Source of the DNA: Mytilus californianus
Taxonomy: Eukaryota
Direction of reading: 5' to 3'
DNA: 64,000 bases
NCBI RefSeq assembly: GCF_021869535.1
Contig: NW_026262684.1
Coordinates: 62,001-126,000 of the forward strand
Position numbers and translations under genes: made by a program. The notes beneath the pieces are model-generated. The model made no database searches, had not been told where the DNA came from, and was given only the letters and a program-made list of their open reading frames with translations. Below are positions 13,896 to 24,100 of this stretch, piece by piece (within the stretch, counting starts at the first letter, position 1; the number at the start of each line of letters is the position of its first letter).

Positions 13896-14596
13896 AAATT
13901 TATAGATGAAGGATGGGGAAGGGAAGAGAGGGCATTATTATTCATTTCAATCTGCCGCTAATCATGCCTATTTTTCAGCTCTTACCAGGCAACCATATTC
14001 ATATATGAAATCCTTCTGTCCCCCACTCCAACAAATAAATAAATATCAAATGGTTTTCCTCTTTTTTAACACAAGTTAAAATTGATTGATTGTTTGTTGC
14101 TAATTTTAACGCCCAGTGAAAATTATTTCATGCTTGTTCAGGAAAACACGAGTTTAGAAGTCACGTATATAATATAAAAATGAAGAGATGGAATATGATT
14201 GCTAATAAGGCAACTATCCACCGGAGTTAAAATATGAAGTGAATGTAAGCAATTATAGATAAGATAAGATAAGATAAGTAAAATTTATTTTAAGTCGGGT
14301 TACATGAAATACTACAAACATAAGCTCTGTAGAGCTTTTTGCCGTCATGTAGACAAATGCTTTTTGTAGACAATCGTAAGGCCTTCAACAATGACAAAAA
14401 CCTGATACTGTAAAGTCGTCTATAAAAGGCCCGACATGAAAAGTGTGAACAATTCAAACGAAAAAAATAACAGCCTAATTCTACATAACAAAACCATTTA
14501 CAAAATATCAAATATGAGTCGAGACAGGAACCAACGATAACCATTAAACTACAGGCTCCATCCCTGGGACATGCAAATAAAAAAATGACAGGGTGG

Positions 14597-14960
14597 ATAT
14601 AAAAACGAAGATGTGGTATGATTGCAAATGAGAGAACTCTCTACAAAAGATCAAATGACATAAAAATCAACAGTTATAAGTCACCGTACGGCCTTCGACA
14701 ATAAGCAAAGCCTACACCGCATAGTCAGCTATAAAAGGCCCCAAAATAATAAATGTAAAACAATTCAATCGAGAAAACTAACGGCCGAAATAATGTACAA
14801 AAATATGAACGAAACACAAATATGTTTAAAAAAGCAACAAACGGCTACCACTGAATTACAGGCTCCTGACTTGGGACAAGCACATACATACAGAATGAGG
14901 CGGGGTTAAACATGTTAGCGGGATCCCAATAACTCCCCTAATCTGGGACAGCGGTGTAAC
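14597..14960 (+). repeat. Copy of the gatgtggtatg dispersed repeat (long form)
   Basis: gaagatgtggtatgattgcaaatgagagaactctc...gcatagtcagctataaaaggcccc...caggctcctgacttgggaca. Confidence 0.8.
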
Positions 14961-15282
14961 AGTACAACACCACGTTTGTGAGCAACCCATCCCGAAGCTG
15001 GGACAGTGGTGTAACAGTACGATAACATAACAACCTGCACAAATCAGCAATTATCTCAAAAGATCGGTACGAGACACACAAAAAAACTATCATTAAGACA
15101 ATAGACACAAAGCACCGACATAAGAGTATTTGCAATTACTGGAAGTTTGCTCAACCCTAATTACAACTGGTACTAAAATAAATCTTGTTCTCCCAGACTG
15201 GGTTATCAATCAGTACACAACGCGCGGCAACGGATTTATTAAAAAAAGAAAACAGTCTAAGAAACGTCTGGGTTACGTTGTA

Positions 15283-15490
15283 TATAGATATAAGAAGATG
15301 TGGTATGAGTGCCGATGAGACAACTCTCCATCCAAGTCATAATTTGTAAATGTAAACCATTAAAGGTCAACGTATACGGTCTTCAACACAGAGCCTTGGC
15401 TCAAATCGAACAGCAAGCTATAAAGGGCCCCCAAAAAATTAGTAGTGTAAAACCATTCAAACGGGAAAACCAACGGTGTCTAATCTATTT
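15283..15490 (+). repeat. Copy of the gatgtggtatg dispersed repeat (second subfamily, like 38010-38298)
   Basis: gaagatgtggtatgagtgccgatgagacaactctccatccaagtca...gaacagcaagctataaagggcccc. Confidence 0.8.
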
Positions 15491-16194
15491 ACAAAAACAG
15501 ATATACTTGCATATAAATCCATATACAATGAAACGGTTTTTGAAAAGTGGACCGAACGTTTTGACCATCGACATTTTGCAATAAAAATACTAGTTATGAC
15601 CACAAGATTTTAACAGCCAGTGCAAGACTCGCACGAACGTTAGATTTAGTTAGAGGGGCGATATTCTGACGCGTTTTTTAATTCTTGGTCACCCATGTTT
15701 AGAAAGAAAGGGGAGAAATCCAAACAATTTCAGACCAATCACAAACGCTGTTACAAATTTGACCTTATGACGTCAAAGAATTCCCCACAATGCAATTATT
15801 GCATATAAATAAAAAACTACTATACCAATTGAACAAAAAATATTGCATTCAAATGACATTTTATACCAATTGAATAAAAACTATTGCATTTGAATGAAAT
15901 TTTACCATTTGAATGAAAAATTATACCAATTGAATGAAAAATTATACCATTTGAATGAAAAGTGTTACCATTTGAATAAAAAATATTGCATTTAAATGAA
16001 AAAAAAATACCATTCAAATAAAAAAATGTTGCATTTAAATGAAGAAATATACCAATTAAAAAGAAATATTGCATTTAAATGAAAAATATCAAATTTTTGC
16101 AACCAATACCATGCCATAACAAACTATATAGAAATCATTATTTTACATTCAGTGTATAGTTAGCTATCATATCAAACCGGAATTGACATTATGT

Positions 16195-16460
16195 AAAACT
16201 CATCAACAATACCAAGCTTATAATTTGGTACGCCAGACAGTCGTGTCGTCTACAAAATCAGTGGTGCTTGAATCACTACAGTTGGAATTTCAAATCAAAT
16301 ACATGTAATAAGTTGTGTCTGGTGTAGGAAAACATTGATGTTTTGAATAATTCAACTTTGCATCAACGAAAATTTACAGAAAATGAACATATCAGTAATA
16401 TGCTAACCGTAAATAGCTAATTAGCTGCTTCATTTATAAAGATAAAAACAACATTTTTTT
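16195..16460 (-). repeat. Degenerate copy of the hammerhead-bearing repeat; counterpart at about 62505-62810
   Basis: ggtacgccagac..cgtctacaaa-atcagtg..cttgaatc. Lacks the ACTC core present in the 45575 copy. Confidence 0.6.
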
Positions 16461-17611
16461 GTTTGCTTTTAAAGCGGTATATGTTTTGCTATCTTTTAAA
16501 ACTCTTTTAGTATTTTCAAACTGGAAGTTGAAATATTCGATCTCATTTAGTCTCATAATTTTACATGTCATAGTATTATACTATTGTTCTCTGATGTCTA
16601 CCCATGCTTTATATTATGTAATATATGTTGTTAATTTTGCCATAGCATGTCTATGCTTTAATTTGCAATAAAGATTCATTCATTCATTTAAATTTGAAAC
16701 TAGTTACTAATAACTTATCATCAATTGTAAATGCCAGATTGGACCTTAAACTATTCTCTGATCATATTGTTTTTAATTGAAACCTTATATGAGTTATTAA
16801 CTGATTTGATTTTGATTTGTTTAGAAAGTTTTTTGAAGTCAATTTAGATCCGTTTAGTTTTTGTGCATACTGTTTAGTAGATGATATTTACTTGTAAAGA
16901 TCAACAACATACTGAATTGTCTGTAAATCTACTGAATTTACTGCAGTAGATAACTTTCAAAATTGTTTGATAGACTGTACATGACCTAATAATTTCTTGT
17001 TGTGACTTGGCAGATGATATTTAGGTCAAAATGGCATGAAACTAATATACAACGGACCGAATATGACATTTATAAACTGGAAGTACCTAGTTGATTTATT
17101 TTTAACTGAAACCCTATAAAGCAATTATGCATCTTGGTGTAAACCAACAGTTGCTTATTATTTCCCTTTTGTCATACAATTTATATGTTTGGCATTAGAT
17201 CGATTTTAAGTCATCTTCTGAAATCGAAAGTTACAGCGTTTACCTTCAAATGTGAATTTAAACGTGTAAAGAATTGCTCACTGAACAACAAGTTATATGT
17301 TGTTATTGTATTTCCCCCATGCAAGAATTTTAAAATAGTATCTTTTAATTTATTTGACATTTGGGCATTTGTTCTTCCCATTGCTCTAATTGAAAAATGA
17401 TACCCAAAATCTTTTTCGTCGTACATATTTTATGAATACATGATTATACAACTTTATACTTATTAAATTATTCTATTAATTTATTGCACATTTGTTAAAC
17501 ATTTATATTAACCATACATTTGTCTTTATAAAGCTCAGTACAGAAAACACAAATCTATTATGCAGTTACTTTCGTAGTTCAGATTTATTGCATCCTCTTG
17601 TATATAACAAG

Positions 17612-18111
17612 CTAGGGCTTTGTGTAATTATCAATTGCTGTATTAATGTACTCTGCAGATGTTGTTGCCGCGCTTGCCGGTGATATAATTGTGTTTTGAT
17701 ACATATTTGGGATGATGCTACTGTATTGGTGCATTTCGATAATTGAAGGAATTATCGCCTGATAGGGATTTTCATAACCGTCACCAGTTTGTCCTATGAA
17801 AGAGCTTGCACTTGAACTATCTCCACCACCACTCGATATAACATCGTTGCGCACGGTGTCTGTTGGTATATGGTCATTATTATCTAGTTCAAAGTTAGTT
17901 ATTGGATCAACAATCATATTGTTATAATTAATTGTTCCTATTTCATCATATTGACCTTCTGGAGTGATTTCCACCGTCGCATTAGATCTTCTTTTTCGCC
18001 TCAAACGGCAATAAATATGTGAGACAATACTGCATATTAGCATTCCTCCAACAATATTTCCAATAATCACCGAGCAATAATTGTATACAGGAAGCGTTAT
18101 TTGTTCGTATT
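17612..18111 (-). CDS. Gene A exon 8: TM helix plus entire cytoplasmic tail
   Basis: Acceptor at 18112-13. SVIIGNIVGGMLICSIVSHIYC followed by the RLRRKRR stop-transfer segment. Tail carries YDEI, YNNM, YENPYQAI, YSSI, YQNT, YINT. Confidence 0.92.
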
Positions 18112-21100
18112 CTGTAAATACAGTAATACTTTTAATTAACTTACGTCTGATTTGTCAGTATACTGAACAGTTAAATAAGTTTATTGTTGCTTTTGAAACT
18201 ACTAATTCAACTTAACTTGTAAGACGGGATTATTAAACGATATGACTAAACTTGAGTTTCTGGCAAGGTTGATGTTTTTACATATTTTATCACAATATAT
18301 TAATGTTCATTTGCATTTATTAGGAGACAACCATTCGATATTCTGAGAGAGCAAAAAAAAAGGGGGCGGTTTAGGCTTGACAATTCATTTTAATTTGTTG
18401 CTGAGCATGCTTATTTCTTGTCCACGAATTATTCTTTCAAATCCAGTCTTTTATAAGGTTATTTATATTTAGCCCTCAACAAGCCAGAATAATCATTGTC
18501 TGAAGTCTAATTAGCACATGTTATACCAAAGGTTTTTTTTATGAACATGTTTTCCCTGATTAAAAGTTATTAATCTAATATAATAAGAACCACAGTATGA
18601 TACAAAGTAGAATTATTTAAATTAATAATATGCTTAAAGGATTAAATTTAAAATGTTTATTTCTATCAAACATTACTCTTTTTTTATTTCAACGAGAAAC
18701 GATATGTGTCTCCAGAGGACGCATTTGTCAATTGGCTCTATTACATAGCTGTAATGTTTAATGAAAACCTTAATATTAGTCACAGCCCATATTATTCGCT
18801 GGATTATCAACTTGGTATGAAATATCAACCACAAAAACAGAATTTCTGAAATGAAATATGTCACTATCGGTTTTAAACTTAGTCATTCACATCTATCGTA
18901 ATTATCAGATACTGAAAAAAGTCTTTATTGCTTTACACTATTCAGAAAGAGCCGGGAGATATCAAGGGTACCATAAAAAATCATAAATCGAAGAGAAATT
19001 GACAACGTCAATTGAAAAAAAGACGACAGACAAACAAGTCCACAAAACAGTTCATAAAAAACGAATAAAGATTGGGCAACATGAACCCCATCAAATAATT
19101 GAGGGTGATATTATATGTTCCTGCAGATTATTCAGACCTTGCTCCACATCCGTCAGTTTGGTCATGGTCATTACGAATTCGGTGATAAGTCATATTATAT
19201 GATCTCACAATCTTTTACCAATTCAGTTTTTTTTTAACTATCATGGTAGGGGTTGTTGTGATATTGAGTACATATGCTCGCGCTTTAATAAACTTATTAT
19301 CTGATATTTTGAGCAATTATGTGCACTTTAGTCAGATACGTATTTACATAGGATCCTAAACGTCGATCACACAGCCAACCAGTATCTTCCCAATTATGTA
19401 CTTACCAAAAATTCTAGCTTCTGTAACACTTGTTTTTTCACTATCTCCAATTACATTTCTAGAAAACATGCACACAAAATATTGTTTATTTGATACCAGT
19501 TCATATATAGTGTACTTAATTTCATTTTCGAAGCTATATTTTACGGGACCTGTGGTTGTCCACGATTCTGTGTCAGTATTTCGATGCTGTATAAAGAAAT
19601 CTTGATTGGATCCACCATTAAAACCTGGAATCCATGACACTATCATGTGGTTTTCGTATTGAACCACTGTTATATTGTTTGGAGGTTCTGGTCGATCTAA
19701 AAGTAAAAGTGATTTATAGCCAAACACATCTACAACATGTACAATGTGTTATACAAATCAAACAAATCAAAAAGCTGAATAACAAACAAAACATGCGAGA
19801 CTTAATCGCAGTAAAGGATTCCAAGAAGTTAACGTGATAAAATAAACCAAATTATATTACTAAAAGAATATGTATTAAGTTACATGTAGCTAAGCCTTAA
19901 ATGAACTGTACTGTAACAATCATGACATTAGTTAATATCTGGTTTTGGTTGAGAGGTAATCCTACGGCAGTTTTGTTAATCGTTTAAAATACAAACGTTA
20001 CCAATTGTGCTGCACCATATGTGCCTTTTAACAATTGATTTCTCAAGGCAAAATATTTGAAGATAATAAACATACCACAATTGTGGAAGAGCTGATCAAA
20101 CCCAAAAGGATCTAAAGTATATCTAAAAATGATTAATCAAAAGACTGTTACGTGTTGGTATTTTTAATTTCATTTTGCCTTCAACAGTTTGAAAACCTTT
20201 TCAGTGCAATTATAACACAGTTTTTAGTGATATCATTTGCCATCTTAATAATTATAGATTAGTGTATATATTATATCGCATCAACATATAACTTGTAGTA
20301 AGATGAACACATGCATAGTAAAAAGATAAACAAAATAAATACGTACTCCCCGATCTGAGGTAAACAGTATATGAATTACACCCTTTAATGTTACAAGCCT
20401 CTAGAGTATAATTTACAAAGTCCTCCTCTGTCGCTAAGCCAAGATGAAACACAACTGTTATTTCAGGTAATTTTAGTTTGAAATCATGGAATATATCAGG
20501 AGTATGAGCCCTTCCCTTTGTAATCCTTGGACGTAGAACCCTGTTATGATTTGATATCTTCAGTTGTATAATATCAAGTTTACTGTACAAAATAACAGTG
20601 ATATTAAGTTCATATCCATATTGCCCAAGCTGTACTCTTTTGTTTGTTGAAATGAAGATGGGTGGTGCTAATAAAATAAGAACAAAGTTTTTTAAATTCT
20701 AAACATTGTTTTTTTTTTTCATATCATATTATTAAACATGTAAATACTCATTATTTTAGGCATGCCTACATTGACAACTCTAGGTATCTTGACTGAACAA
20801 TTATCGTAATCATTATTCCTCCTTAAAAATCCAATTTGATGGTGGAAAACTACGGAAGCGTATTAGGGCCATTCTTTTTTATTATTTTTTTTTTAAATTG
20901 TCGACTTTAATCTTGGAATTTCCAACCTTAATCTTGGAATTACCAAATTTAATCTTGAAATTATCAACATTAAACTTGCAAATTCCAACTTTAATGTAAA
21001 GTCCTTGAATCTATGCATTTTAAAATTCACCTTTCAAATTTGTTTCCAAATGAATTGCGAAAATCATAAGTGATGATAAACGTTTAGTGCCTATATAAGC

Positions 21101-24100
21101 ACGGGTCATAAATAAAATATTGTATTTTATAAGTAAAGGTCATTCTTTGTATATATTTATAGATAACATATATTAGTGAATGTTATATAAAAATGGGTAC
21201 AGTAAAGCACATCAAACAGAAGTGCACTGTTTGGCAGAGGTGAGAGTCCAGTGAGCAAAAAAAAAAATAAACCAGTAAACTAGGTCACGAGTTAGCTAAG
21301 TCGTGATAACAGTAATGCTGCTTTGAACGTTTAGCTTAGTTCTTATATATTCATGCATGTTTGATTAAGTCTGTGTATATCATCATGCTTGTCCTATTGC
21401 TTATGCTCAAAATGTATGCTATATGTGTCATTACGGAGGTGAGCATTTTGATTTTATATGGGGAAGGGGGGGAGGCCATTTTTGGATGAATCATTTATTT
21501 TCAGTCTCTGCTAAGCCAGTTTAATTAATTTATGCGATTACGCATAGCATTCATTTATTTTCAATCAATTCTAATAACAAAATACGGCTTTGCATAACAC
21601 GGCTGATTGTTATTTTTCATCCTGCCATGAATTCAGTTTTATATTTTCAGTTATTGTCTGATCTGATGATTCATTTTCACCCCCGCCCCCTCCCCGAATA
21701 TCAAGTGAGCGTCCTCTAATGCATTATTAACAAGGTGTTTTGTTTGTATTTATGTATATATATGCATCACATAGAGCTGGTAATTCCAAGATAAATGTTG
21801 ATAGTTCCAAGATTAAAGTTGAAATTTCCAAGTTTAAAGTTGATAATTCCAGGATTAAAGTTGGAATTTCCAAGAATAAAGTTGGTAATTCCAAGTTAAA
21901 TGTTGATAAATCCAAGATTAAAGTTGAAATTTCCAAATTTAAAGTTCATAATTCCAAGATGAAAGTTAATAATTCCAAGAATAAAGTAGGAAATTCCAAG
22001 ATTAAAGTTGGAAATTCCAAGAATAAAATTGATAATTCCAAGACCAAATTGATAATTCCAAGATTAAAGTTGGAAATTCCAAGATTAAAGTTGGAAGTTC
22101 CAAGATAAAAGGCGATAATTTGAAAAAAAAAAATAATTGAAAAGGATGGGCTTTATACGCTATCGCATATAAAAAAAATATATTCATCAATCAATTCATG
22201 GAACCTATCTATACAAATCTTTCCCTGAAATTTATAGAATATACTGAACAAATTCAAGAGAAATATAAATAAACTAATGAATAAAAACAAAACTGAGTAC
22301 TATTTTTAATATCATTTTGCTTTACTTTTGCAATAATATACCTTCATATTGAACGGATACTGCTCCTTCCTGATACAAATTTTCATTTGTAGCTTTTATA
22401 CCATTGGATACTCTACATACGTAAATGCCAACATGTTCAAGAAGTGTGTTATTGCTTTGTGCAATTATTGTGAGTTTTCCGTTTTGATCTCCTTCAAGTT
22501 TTTGAATTGTTTCATTGAATTCTGATCGAAAGTACCATTTTGCAAAGGTGTAATTGTTAGGTTCACCCTCTGGATGACAGTGTAGATTGATAGTTTGTCC
22601 AGTAATTGTGTACGACACACTGACCACTGGAGGGTCTATACAATATTAAAAATTTAATATTATTCAAACACAATTATGTTTTCAAGTTAAATTGATAAGT
22701 GTTAATGTTAAAAATGTCATGAACGAATACTGTAAATTCAGAAATGATTATAATTCTGTGAAAATTGCAACATTATATATTTAAAATTTTTAAGAAACTT
22801 GCGTACCATGTTGATAGGATTACTTCGTTTTCTACACACTTCTCCCTGTAATCGCAGTAATTTACCCTCGCATTTGTGTTAAACCATTTTTGAAATTTTA
22901 GTACTTAGCAATATTTTTGCGCCAGTCGGACAGAAGGTCCGACAAATCAGTTTGATTTACGATAAGATTATATAATAGTCGATTCGAATGAAGCACATTT
23001 ATCTAGAAGTTGCTGTAGATTTTTTCAAATCGCTCAAAATTAGTTTATGCAGTTGAATAAAACTTACACAGAACCTTGAAATCTATATGTAATTCTGATA
23101 TTCCTACTCTATTTGAAGCAACACAGGTATATCGTTGTGTGTGAGTACGATGGCTTGGGCTGAATGTCAAACATGATATGGTATTATTGACAACTAAAGA
23201 GTTTACATTCCCTTTCCAATTTATCTGATCCATTGGTGGATTACTGTTTCCTTGACAACACACTTGTGACGAAGTATTTTCAATCAGTTTTACAAGTGCA
23301 GGATGATCGATAGTCAGCGATGGTTTGTCTACAAAACACAACACTTCATTATACATGTTACATGATTGTGTTTTAGTGCCAAAAATCATATGCATGAAAC
23401 TGTGTGAAATTGCTATATTGGGGTTTTCTTTGTTTGTTCACCAATTCTCTATTGTGCCCATACATCTTTTGTAGTGGCGATTTAAGTCGTTTAATTAACA
23501 ATGGCAAATATTTCATTCACAAAAACTATCTTGCGTATTTGCAAGAAAAAACAAAGTGCGATTTTTAAAATGAAATGGTAGGTAGATCCTTGCGCTGTAT
23601 TTGATTTATCAAAACCGGTACAGTGAAACCGACCACATTATTTTATAAAGTTCAGATTTTCGGGAAAATGTACCAATTTCCCGAAAATTCTACTTATTAC
23701 AATTACATATATGTATACTGTATTTAAATAAGGTAAATCTGTGAATGTATTGACTTTGTAAACCCCGATATTAAATGAGACCCTATGGAGTACACTAAAC
23801 GAAACATTCCCCTAATCAAAAGGCAGTTAATTCTTTATTCATTTTTGCATTAATAAATATATTTAATAACATTTATCATGTCTTTATGCCAAAACCAATT
23901 GTTCATCAAACATTTAACCATACGTATACATGTTAAGGGGCATTAAGATAAACGCACTGAATGTTAATTGTTACATATCGTAAGTGGAGTGAATATCATA
24001 TTTAACCTTTTTTTTTAGATTGCATCTGACAATTTGCGTGGTGATTATCAGTTTCACTACTTCCGTTAGGTGATTCCATTGTTTTATTCAAAATTCAAGT

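Larger units (their letters stand above)
11596..16118. mobile_element. Foldback-type element, 4.5 kb, with about 490-bp terminal inverted repeats containing ~20-bp minisatellite units
   Basis: 11596-12085 is the reverse complement of about 15610-16118 (ends tatggcatggtattgg / ccaataccatgccata). Flanked by direct repeat acaaac (11590-95, 16119-24). No transposase recognised. Confidence 0.85.

Noticed and set aside
21727-22190. Repetitive ORFs on both strands (SKIKVEI... / LELPTLI...) and a CRISPR-like periodicity
   Set aside because: These are translations of a 21-bp satellite (7-codon period). The units are contiguous with no unique spacers and there are no cas genes.
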